A stretch of 20,000 nt of DNA from an uncultured virus (IMG/VR IMGVR_UViG_3300036399_001267) (lineage: Duplodnaviria; Heunggongvirae; Uroviricota; Caudoviricetes). The notes beneath the pieces were generated by a model, which did no database searches, had not been told where the DNA came from, and saw only the letters and a list, made by a program, of their open reading frames with translations. The stretch is taken from IMG/VR virus record IMGVR_UViG_3300036399_001267; one strand, given 5' to 3'. Positions within the stretch are counted from its first letter, which is position 1. Each line of letters starts with the position of its first letter. The position numbers and the translations under genes were made by a program. Shown here one piece after another: positions 1 through 8,245 of this stretch.

Positions 1-2
1 TC

Positions 3-3000
3 GCAAATATAGGTGGAGCTATAGTAGCTCCATTTGCTGACGGACCAGCATTCTTCCCAGCAACAATCTCCGAAGTATCTACTTTAGAAAGTACTTTCGG
101 TTTAGCTGACGGAGTATATTATGGTCCATATACCGCAAAAGAATATCTACAACAACAAGGTATCGTTACAGTTGTTCGCGTAGGTGGTCTAACTGGTTAC
201 TGGCAAAAGAGTCCATTGATCGTTTATGCTCAACCAGGATCATGGGATCGTGGAGCAGACGCAGGTGCTATTACAACAGCATCATTCATGTATTTAGATG
301 ATACTAGTTATACTACCAATATTAATTATCAACAAAGTAGTTCCGTGTTGTATTCATCTGGTAGTAATAACACAGCTGTTGGAAAAAATAATTTTATTGG
401 ATTAAATGGTAAAATTACAGTAACCAAAGCATCTACCAGTGAAATTTCATCGTTTTTGTTGAATAATATTAGTAGTTTGCCATATTATTTATCACTATCA
501 AGTTCATTGGCTTCTTCTGGAAGTAAAGGTAAAGTATTAAAAATAACCACTACCGATTATTACAATCAATTTACCGCATCTGTACAAAGACGTAATTTTA
601 CAGTAGGCAAAACAACTAACTATAGTTTGGCAAATTTTGATTTCCAAAAATCACGTTTTTCAGGATCTTTATCTCAGAGTGCAACTACAGATTCATTGGT
701 ATTTGATACAAATACATTTGGAAATGTTGCTGGTACTCAAAATAACGCTCCATATTCTACAACCTATCCGTATTATAGTTATTTGACCGCTTCATATACA
801 TTAAGCGGAAATGTTATTACATACGGATTAGTATTTGCTAAACTGCCAAGTAATCAAACAACTAATTTCTCTTCGGTTACTTACAATTTAGCTAAATCTA
901 CAGGAAGTTATGAGTTCCGTGTAGACAATTCGAGATTGTCATTGAGCGGTGCAATTAATGTAAAATTCGGATCTGTAGCTGCTACAAGTTTAGTAAACGC
1001 GGCATCAACAGATGGCACAGGAACATTAAGTGGTAGCGTATTATACGCCGGTCAACAACTCAATTTGGGTAGTATTGGTCCTATTTTATTCACTAAGAAA
1101 GGCGCACCAGGTAATTCAAGTTATCCATATTACTATCTAAGTTCTAGTGTACAAGCACAAGATGTAAGTGCTGAAACTGTAATTTCTACAGCATTCGCTG
1201 AAAGCACAACCACAGTAGCTCTATTTTCTAGTTCTTACTTCGGAAATACAGCTGGAAATGTAATAGTTGACTATGACTCAGATGTATTGAATGTTTCTAG
1301 TGGTACTGTGAGACTCATAAGTGGTAGTGTTGAGTCTCTACGTGGTTCAGGAACATGTGTTGCTGGTCTACAACTTAAAGGTGTAATCAGTGGTAATTTT
1401 GCTAAATACACAGGAACATTTAGTCCAAATGGTACGAATAGCAACGACCCATGTAATCCAAATACATCAGGTCGTCAAAATATGATATTGGCAGTGTTAG
1501 CAAATACCCAAAATGCTTCTACACAATTTAGTAACGACTATGAAGTGTATGGATTTAATGGTACAACATTAAGTCAATTAACAAGTAGCGCATTCCCATA
1601 TAAGAACTTGATTAATCCAAACGAAAACGTTTATAATTTGGCTTTGAGATATAGTTTCTCAAATCCAAATGGCAGTGTTTCTTCCGGTACATATGGATAT
1701 TATGATTTCAGTCTAAATGAAAATGATAATAACTATATTAAAGATGTATTTGGAATCGATCCAACTGTTGGAAATCCAGACAAACAAATTGCCGGTCAAA
1801 AAGTTGAAGCTGCTTACAACTATGTTCTATTTGAAGACAGTATCAAGAAGTTCGTAGCTGAAAAGACCAGTACTTTGGGTTGGAGATTGCAAGTTGGTAC
1901 TAATAGTCTATCTGGAAGTACAATCGTAGGCGAACCTTTAAAGTTTGTCGATCAATATAGTACCAATTTAAATGCTGGAGACAGTCAATTTGGTATTACA
2001 AACGCTTATACTCCATGGGTATATTCACAAAAGATTTCTCCATTCAAAGGTAGTGCAAACGAAGCTGCTGTTCCAACTAAGTTCCAATTGTTCAAAGCTC
2101 ACACTTTGAGTGATGGTACATTGAGCAACAATAAATACAAGATTGAAATTAGCAACGTTAAGTTGGCTGGTACAGTTCCAGGAAGCGATTGGGGTTCATT
2201 TACTCTAGGCGTTCGTGCTTATAGTGATACAGATAAGAAGCCTAAGTATTTGGAAATCTTCCAAAACTTGAATCTAGATCCAGACAGTGCAAACTTTATT
2301 GCACGTAGAATTGGTGATAGATATGCTTATATTACTTATGCTGGTAAGATCATTCAATATGGTACTTATGCTAACTTGAGTAGATATATCAGAATCGAAA
2401 TGTCTGATGTAGCATATCCAGTTGTTTGTATACCATATGGATTTGAATCTTATAGTACTCCGATCAATAGTACTGCAAACATCTATGTACCATACGTACA
2501 ATATAGTAAAGCAAGTATTTATGGTCTAGCTCCTGGTAAGTATCCATCTGGCACTGTGTTCGGTGCAGTTCCAGGAACTGATTCCGAGATTCAATCTCTA
2601 TATCCAACTTCTTCTTTTGGAGTTGGTGTAGATAACAACACTAAACAATATTTCAATCCATTGCCATATTATGGTAGCACCGATAGTAATGGTTTGAATA
2701 TCGACTTCGATCTTGAAGATAAAGTTTACGGTACATCTACCGCTAAATATTATGCTCAAGGTACATCAGCGAGTACTGGTTCATTACTAAACCCAAGCTT
2801 GAGCGGTAGTATTCCAAGTATATATGATGCTGTGAATGAATCTACATATGTAAAACTACGTAAGTTCGTACTTGGATTCCAAGGTGGATTTGAAGGTCAA
2901 TGGCCAGCAATTCCAATCAATGTTGGTAGTAACATTACTCCAGGCAACACTCAAGGTCTAGATTGTACAAACATTAATAGTCCAGGTAGTATTGCTTACA

Positions 3001-3854
3001 AACAATGTATTGCTGCTCTAGGTAACGCAGATGAATTTGATATTAATTTGATCGTGTTGCCTGGTATCTTCCGTTCTCTACACAGTTATGTTACTGAATT
3101 GGTAATCGATATGTGTGGAACTCGTCAAGATTGTTTCTACATCATGGATAACGTAGTATTCCCAGCAAGTAATCAAACTGTAGGATTGATCGATGCTGCT
3201 ATAAACAGTGTCGCTGACATTGACAGTAACTATGTAGGTACTTATTATCCTTGGGTTAAGATCCTAGATACTAATACCAACAAGATTATTAGTGTTCCTC
3301 CTTCAGTAGTATTGCCAGCAGTTTACGCTGCTAACGATAACTCCGCTGCTGAATGGTACGCTCCAGCCGGTCTAAACCGTGGTGGTATTCCAACCGCAGT
3401 ACAAGTACTTGATCGTGTAACCCACGCTGAACGTGATACATTGTACGAAGGCCGTGTAAATCCAATCGCAGCATTCCCTGGCCAAGGTATTTGTGTATGG
3501 GGTCAAAAGACTCTACAAATTGCCCCAAGCGCTTTGGATCGTATCAATGTACGTCGTTTGTTGATCAACTTGAAGAAGTTTATCGCAAGTTCAAGCAACT
3601 ACTTGGTATTCGAACAAAACGTTGCTTCTACAAGAAATCGTTTCTTGAGTATTGTAACTCCATATTTGGAATCAGTACAACAACGTAACGGTATCTACGC
3701 ATTCCAAGTCAAGATGGATGCTGAAAACAATACTCCTGACTTGATTGATCGTAACATCCTCTACGGACAAATCTATATCCAACCAACTAGAACCGCTGAG
3801 TTTATTATACTCGATTTTAATATACTCCCAACGGGCGCTCAATTTTCTGCCTAA
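3..3854 (+). CDS. Tail sheath protein (T4 gp18-like), 5' end outside the window, >1280 aa
   Basis: The frame is open from base 3 (ANIGGAIVAPFADGPAFFP...TFG...TVVRVGG, a typical sheath N-terminus), so the TTG at 216 is not the start. The C-terminus has sheath motifs: YYPWVKI, VPPS, WYAPAGLNRG, RDTLYEGRVNPI, WGQKTLQ, SALDRINVRRL, FEQN, IQPTRTAEFIILDF. Confidence 0.95.
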   Translation, partial: ANIGGAIVAPFADGPAFFPATISEVSTLESTFGLADGVYYGPYTAKEYLQQQGIVTVVRVGGLTGYWQKSPLIVYAQPGSWDRGADAGAITTASFMYLDDTSYTTNINYQQSSSVLYSSGSNNTAVGKNNFIGLNGKITVTKASTSEISSFLLNNISSLPYYLSLSSSLASSGSKGKVLKITTTDYYNQFTASVQRRNFTVGKTTNYSLANFDFQKSRFSGSLSQSATTDSLVFDTNTFGNVAGTQNNAPYSTTYPYYSYLTASYTLSGNVITYGLVFAKLPSNQTTNFSSVTYNLAKSTGSYEFRVDNSRLSLSGAINVKFGSVAATSLVNAASTDGTGTLSGSVLYAGQQLNLGSIGPILFTKKGAPGNSSYPYYYLSSSVQAQDVSAETVISTAFAESTTTVALFSSSYFGNTAGNVIVDYDSDVLNVSSGTVRLISGSVESLRGSGTCVAGLQLKGVISGNFAKYTGTFSPNGTNSNDPCNPNTSGRQNMILAVLANTQNASTQFSNDYEVYGFNGTTLSQLTSSAFPYKNLINPNENVYNLALRYSFSNPNGSVSSGTYGYYDFSLNENDNNYIKDVFGIDPTVGNPDKQIAGQKVEAAYNYVLFEDSIKKFVAEKTSTLGWRLQVGTNSLSGSTIVGEPLKFVDQYSTNLNAGDSQFGITNAYTPWVYSQKISPFKGSANEAAVPTKFQLFKAHTLSDGTLSNNKYKIEISNVKLAGTVPGSDWGSFTLGVRAYSDTDKKPKYLEIFQNLNLDPDSANFIARRIGDRYAYITYAGKIIQYGTYANLSRYIRIEMSDVAYPVVCIPYGFESYSTPINSTANIYVPYVQYSKASIYGLAPGKYPSGTVFGAVPGTDSEIQSLYPTSSFGVGVDNNTKQYFNPLPYYGSTDSNGLNIDFDLEDKVYGTSTAKYYAQGTSASTGSLLNPSLSGSIPSIYDAVNESTYVKLRKFVLGFQGGFEGQWPAIPINVGSNITPGNTQGLDCTNINSPGSIAYKQCIAALGNADEFDINLIVLPGIFRSLHSYVTELVIDMCGTRQDCFYIMDNVVFPASNQTVGLIDAAINSVADIDSNYVGTYYPWVKILDTNTNKIISVPPSVVLPAVYAANDNSAAEWYAPAGLNRGGIPTAVQVLDRVTHAERDTLYEGRVNPIAAFPGQGICVWGQKTLQIAPSALDRINVRRLLINLKKFIASSSNYLVFEQNVASTRNRFLSIVTPYLESVQQRNGIYAFQVKMDAENNTPDLIDRNILYGQIYIQPTRTAEFIILDFNILPTGAQFSA

Positions 3855-3872
3855 TCTAGGATAAAGAAAATT

Positions 3873-3912
3873 AAACAGAACCCCGCTTAGAAATAAGCGG
3901 GGTTTTTTGTTT
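3873..3912 (+). terminator. Rho-independent terminator after the sheath gene
   Basis: Perfect 11-bp stem AACCCCGCTTA-GAAA-TAAGCGGGGTT (3879-3904) with a GNRA loop, followed by TTTTGTTT. Confidence 0.9.
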
Positions 3913-3919
3913 GATCGGT

Positions 3920-3928
3920 ATATTTATA
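3920..3928 (+). promoter_or_regulatory. Putative late promoter motif ATATTTATA
   Basis: Lies directly after the terminator and 3 nt before ATG 3932. The same motif recurs upstream of other structural genes. Confidence 0.55.
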
Positions 3929-3931
3929 TTT

Positions 3932-4222
3932 ATGATACTATTAACACGAATCGTTGAGGATTTAACTAACCCACAAGTTAAAAACGCCGTAGATCCATCT
4001 CTTTTAAAGTTAATTGACAAGGTAATCGATGACACAAATGTTTTGGTAGTTAATAACTTAAAAATGGTAAAGGATATTTTATCAAAAGAACCAATTGATA
4101 AAGCTAGATTAGACGTTGCACTAAGCAATTATAAACGTTATTTTAATAGAGACAACGGCGGCACACCTGAAGTGATTCGTGGTATGACAATGCAAAATAA
4201 ACTAGACGAGTTATCAAAATGA
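3932..4222 (+). CDS. Hypothetical protein (96 aa), probable internal head protein
   Basis: ATG 3932 is preferred to TTG 3911, which overlaps the terminator. It starts MILLTRIVE, resembling the leaders of the neighbouring genes. The stop overlaps the next start (ATGA). Confidence 0.7.
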   Translation: MILLTRIVEDLTNPQVKNAVDPSLLKLIDKVIDDTNVLVVNNLKMVKDILSKEPIDKARLDVALSNYKRYFNRDNGGTPEVIRGMTMQNKLDELSK

Positions 4223-4992
4223 TTAGTTTAAACGATTTATTATTAGAAGCCAAACTTCCTCAAAGCGAGCAAGATATGGATCTTTATGCTCGTAAATACA
4301 AAAAAACAATAGATTATTTACGTACCAAGAACAAAGTACTATTGCTTACAACCAGTAATAGATGGAGTGGTCACAAAGACGATATTGCTAAAAGTACACA
4401 ACTTGCATTTAAAATACAAGAATTATTAGGCAAAGAAAAAGTAACTTTGATTGATACAACCAAATTAAATATAGTTCCGTGTGAGGGCAATGTATCGTCA
4501 AAATGGGGAAATCATTGTGGTACAAAAGATTCATCTTTAAAAGATAAAGAAAAAAACCCAACAGGAGAACATCGTTGTTGGGCTAGTATAAATAATAAAA
4601 GCGATGAATTGTGGAAAATAAGTAAAGAATTATTTGAAAGCGATGTTGTTTTATTTTTTGCTAGTGTAAGATGGGGACAAGCTAATGGTTTTTATCAGAA
4701 ATTAATTGAAAGATTGACTTGGATTGAGAACCGACATTCTACTTTGGGTGAAAGCAATATAGTAAAAGATATAGATTCAGGATTCATTGCAACTGGACAA
4801 AATTGGAATGGCAAAGATGTTACACAAACACAAAAAGAAGTACTTCAGTTTTTTGGATTCAAAACACCAGACCAATTATTTTGGAATTGGCAATTTACTG
4901 ATAATAGTTTAGACGAAACTAAGAGTTCTTACAAAAAAGCAATTACTGTATTTGATAAAACATTTTTAAAACCATATGATAAGACTAAATAA
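4219..4992 (+). CDS. Flavodoxin-fold protein, WrbA / NADPH-dependent FMN reductase / iron-sulfur flavoprotein-like
   Basis: KVLLLTTSNR (FMN phosphate loop region), STQLA, IDTTKLNIVPCEG, DELWKISKELFESDVVLFFASVRWGQANGFYQKLIERL follow the family pattern D.M..I...L..AD.IV..SPVY.G......K..IDR. Confidence 0.75.
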   Translation: MISLNDLLLEAKLPQSEQDMDLYARKYKKTIDYLRTKNKVLLLTTSNRWSGHKDDIAKSTQLAFKIQELLGKEKVTLIDTTKLNIVPCEGNVSSKWGNHCGTKDSSLKDKEKNPTGEHRCWASINNKSDELWKISKELFESDVVLFFASVRWGQANGFYQKLIERLTWIENRHSTLGESNIVKDIDSGFIATGQNWNGKDVTQTQKEVLQFFGFKTPDQLFWNWQFTDNSLDETKSSYKKAITVFDKTFLKPYDKTK

Positions 4993-6010
4993 CATTTTAA
5001 GTGAGGTAATACAAGAAGGCGGCGCAGGTGGACATATGGCACATCCATTTGATTTTGTAAATACTGGCGCTAAATTGGTAGATGTATTTGCGAAAGCAGT
5101 AAAGTCTCTGAAGCAAGGCGCCGGTAGTGTAAAGATTGACGGTGTTAATGCAAGTATCCGTATGGTAAACGGTCAATTTGTAATGGATCGTGGATCAGCA
5201 AAACCACTTGATATCAAAGGAATGAGACCTGAAGATTTGGAGACAAGATTTGGAACCGGTCACGGATTTGTTAATATAGGTACTAAAGTTATCAATATTT
5301 TTGATGCTGCAATTCCATCCACAAGATCCGAATTGAAAACGCTTGGGTTACTAGATAATCCTAATATACTATTCAACATTGAATATGTAGAGGGACAAAC
5401 AAATGTGTTGGGATATGGTGAAATTGGAAACTTTTTAGCTATCCACGGATTAAAAGAAATTAAACCAAAAACATTTGGTAAAGACGGAAGTGTTAAATCA
5501 AGAGAAGCTGTTGAAATACCATATGATAAAACCGCAATGCAGTCTTATATAAACAAATTAAATAAGGTTGCTATGAAAAGTGGTTTTAAGGTATTGGGTA
5601 GCATTGACACTACTTTCAAATCAGAACCAAAACTAGCAAGCGTTTTGACGCAACAAGTTACATTGTATCCCACTGGCGAAGCTGTAACTAAGTCTTTGAA
5701 AGATTGGTTAAAAGGATTAAAGTTTAAAACTCCTCTTATTACCCGTGAACAATTTTTAAAAGCGGTAGATAGTAAGAATATCAGTCAAGATTTTCCAGGT
5801 CAAGATGTAAATAAAATAGTTAATGATACTATTGTTTATTTAACCACAATTAAATTGGGAGATGAAATATTAAAAAATGCTACCAGTGAAATTGGAGACT
5901 TGGAAAAACACGAAGGTATAGTTGTGAGAGACTCAAGTATTTATGGCAATCCATTTAAAATTACAGGAAGTTTTATTATAAAAGGTCTCGGCAGTAAGTT
6001 TAAGAAATAA
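4976..6010 (+). CDS. Putative ATP-dependent ligase-fold nucleotidyltransferase (RNA-ligase-like)
   Basis: Motif I SVKIDGVN (KxDG), motif III-like FNIEYV, motif IV HEGIVVR and motif V-like PFKITG. The N-terminus is MIRLNNILSEVIQEGGAGGHMAHPFD. Confidence 0.6.
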   Translation: MIRLNNILSEVIQEGGAGGHMAHPFDFVNTGAKLVDVFAKAVKSLKQGAGSVKIDGVNASIRMVNGQFVMDRGSAKPLDIKGMRPEDLETRFGTGHGFVNIGTKVINIFDAAIPSTRSELKTLGLLDNPNILFNIEYVEGQTNVLGYGEIGNFLAIHGLKEIKPKTFGKDGSVKSREAVEIPYDKTAMQSYINKLNKVAMKSGFKVLGSIDTTFKSEPKLASVLTQQVTLYPTGEAVTKSLKDWLKGLKFKTPLITREQFLKAVDSKNISQDFPGQDVNKIVNDTIVYLTTIKLGDEILKNATSEIGDLEKHEGIVVRDSSIYGNPFKITGSFIIKGLGSKFKK

Positions 6011-6028
6011 ATTAAATACGTATTTGTT

Positions 6029-6670
6029 ATGAAGAAAGCATCAGGTAAAAGTAATCTAGGCATTGTTAAAGATTACCTAGAAGGTAATCGTCCATTCGTA
6101 CAAGTTGGCTATGATGCCAATTTGGAGAACAATAAACGCAAAGAAGGTGAAGAATGGGAGGACGGTCAAGGCAGAAAATGGGTTTGGAAAAATGGAAGCA
6201 AACGTAGAATTTCAAAACGTGCTACCATTATCAATGAACAACGTTGTAAATGTTGTAATATGGATGTTCGTTGGGGTAATTATTTGGATGATCGTGTGTG
6301 GCCAAAAACAGGATATTGTTATGATTGTTTTATCAATTTTCAAACTGAACTAAAAATGATGGGAATGTTTGAAGTATATAACGAACTACAGGATCTTAAA
6401 AACGAACGTAGTATTTTAGAAGACTATAAAAGAAAGTTTGAAGAAAGTCAAACGTTCTGTCAAAAAAATCAAGGCAAACCAGTTGAATTCTTAGAAGAAG
6501 ATGGTTCATTTGAACGATGGGAAGGTGTTCAAGATTATACTAAAATTCTTGAAGATGTAACCAATGATTTAGTTAAAATCAACGTAGGTTTGGCAGAGAT
6601 TAATGTTAAAATAAAAGAGTACGAAGAAAAGTATGAGTCAGCCAAATCTCAGAGAAATAATAAAAAGTGA
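6029..6670 (+). CDS. Hypothetical protein with CxxC...CxxC Zn-finger and C-terminal coiled coil; candidate terminase small subunit
   Basis: CKCC and CYDC cysteine pairs and a helical charged C-terminus. It overlaps the terminase start by 38 nt. The TerS call rests on position only. Confidence 0.55.
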   Translation: MKKASGKSNLGIVKDYLEGNRPFVQVGYDANLENNKRKEGEEWEDGQGRKWVWKNGSKRRISKRATIINEQRCKCCNMDVRWGNYLDDRVWPKTGYCYDCFINFQTELKMMGMFEVYNELQDLKNERSILEDYKRKFEESQTFCQKNQGKPVEFLEEDGSFERWEGVQDYTKILEDVTNDLVKINVGLAEINVKIKEYEEKYESAKSQRNNKK

Positions 6671-8222
6671 GTATAAGAAGTGTATAGAAGATCCTATATA
6701 CTTCATGAAAAAATACGTCAAGATTCAACATCCTATTAGAGGTACTGTTGGATTTGAATTGTATCCATTTCAAGAAGACGCTTTACAAGACTTCGTTGAT
6801 AATCAATTAAACATTGTTCTTAAGAGTCGTCAGATGGGTATTAGTACTCTTACTGCGGCTTATAGTTTGTGGTTAATGACGTTTCATAACGATAAGAATA
6901 TTCTTTGTATTAGTATTACCCAAGAAACTGCAAAAGAAATTGTTACTAAAGTTAGATTTGCTAATGACAATTTACCAAGTTGGTTGAAAGTTCCTTGTGT
7001 AGAAGATAATAGATTATCATTGCGTTTAAAGAATGGTTCTCAAATCAAAGCAGTATCATCTGCCGGCACAGCAGGTCGTTCATCTGCACTATCATTACTA
7101 ATCATTGATGAAGCTGCATTTATCGATGGCATTGAAGAAATTTGGCTATCCGCTCAATATACATTGAGTACTGGTGGTAGAGCTATTATATTGAGTACTC
7201 CAAATGGCGTTGGCAATTTCTTCCACAAAACTTGGGTCGAAGCTGAAGAAGGAAAGAATAACTTCAAGACTATAAGATTACCATGGCATTTGCATCCAGA
7301 AAGAGATCAAGCTTGGAGAGATAAACAGACAGAATTATCCGGTGTAAAAGGTGCAGCGCAAGAATGTGATTGTGACTTTAGTACATCTGGTAATCAAGTT
7401 GTTAGTGTAGAGGTTCTTGAGTTTTATAAACAAACGTATCTAAAAGATCCTGTAGAAAAACGTGGTAATAATCAAGATTTATGGATTTGGGATTATCCTA
7501 ATTATACCAAAAACTACATATTGACGGCGGACTGTGCTAGAGGAGACGGAGGAGATTTTAGTGCATTTCATGTTATTGATATTGAAACCATGGAACAAGT
7601 GGCTGAATATAAAGGTCAGTTAACTACAAAAGATTATGGCAATTTATTGGTTAGTGTAGCTACCGAATATAACAATGCTTTGTTAGTGGTAGAAAATAAT
7701 AACGTAGGTTGGGGAACTCTTCAACAGATTATAGATAGAGACTATCAAAATACATTTTACAGTGCAACAGATCTTACTATTGTAGACGTAGAGAAATCTT
7801 ATAGCAATAAGTTACATGCACAAGATAAAAAATTGGTAGCTGGATTTACAACGACCAGTAAAAATAGACCATTAATAGTAAGTAATTTGGAGTTATTTTT
7901 TAGACAAAAACAAGTGATTATGAAGTCTAAAAGATTGTATGAAGAATTGAACGTGTTTATTTGGAATGGTCCAAAAGCAGAAGCGATGCGGGGTTATAAT
8001 GACGATTTGGTTATGTCTATAGGCATTGGATTGTGGGTACGAGAAACTGCATTGAGGCTTAGAAATGATCAAATCGCTTATAACAAAGCTATGATTTCTA
8101 AGATATCGAAAGTAACTAGTCCGGTTACTGTTCAGAAAGATGTAAGTCCTATTGCGGACCATCACAAAACCATGGAATTTACGGTAAACGATAAAAAAGA
8201 AAGTTTAACTTGGTTATTGTAA
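6633..8222 (+). CDS. terL: Terminase large subunit (T4 gp17-like)
   Basis: Q-motif LYPFQ, Walker A KSRQMGIS, Walker B LLIIDEAAF, coupling motif STPNG, and RNase H-like nuclease residues ADCARGDGGDFS, VENN, NDDLVM. Confidence 0.97.
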   Translation: MSQPNLREIIKSEYKKCIEDPIYFMKKYVKIQHPIRGTVGFELYPFQEDALQDFVDNQLNIVLKSRQMGISTLTAAYSLWLMTFHNDKNILCISITQETAKEIVTKVRFANDNLPSWLKVPCVEDNRLSLRLKNGSQIKAVSSAGTAGRSSALSLLIIDEAAFIDGIEEIWLSAQYTLSTGGRAIILSTPNGVGNFFHKTWVEAEEGKNNFKTIRLPWHLHPERDQAWRDKQTELSGVKGAAQECDCDFSTSGNQVVSVEVLEFYKQTYLKDPVEKRGNNQDLWIWDYPNYTKNYILTADCARGDGGDFSAFHVIDIETMEQVAEYKGQLTTKDYGNLLVSVATEYNNALLVVENNNVGWGTLQQIIDRDYQNTFYSATDLTIVDVEKSYSNKLHAQDKKLVAGFTTTSKNRPLIVSNLELFFRQKQVIMKSKRLYEELNVFIWNGPKAEAMRGYNDDLVMSIGIGLWVRETALRLRNDQIAYNKAMISKISKVTSPVTVQKDVSPIADHHKTMEFTVNDKKESLTWLL

Positions 8223-8231
8223 ATACTTATA
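8223..8231 (+). promoter_or_regulatory. Putative late promoter motif ATACTTATA
   Basis: One-mismatch copy of the recurrent motif in the 23-nt gap before the portal ATG. Confidence 0.45.
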
Positions 8232-8245
8232 TAATAGAATAATAT

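Noticed and set aside
216..218. TTG start of the 1212-aa ORF
   Set aside because: The frame is open to base 3 and encodes conserved sheath N-terminal sequence, so the true start is upstream of the window.
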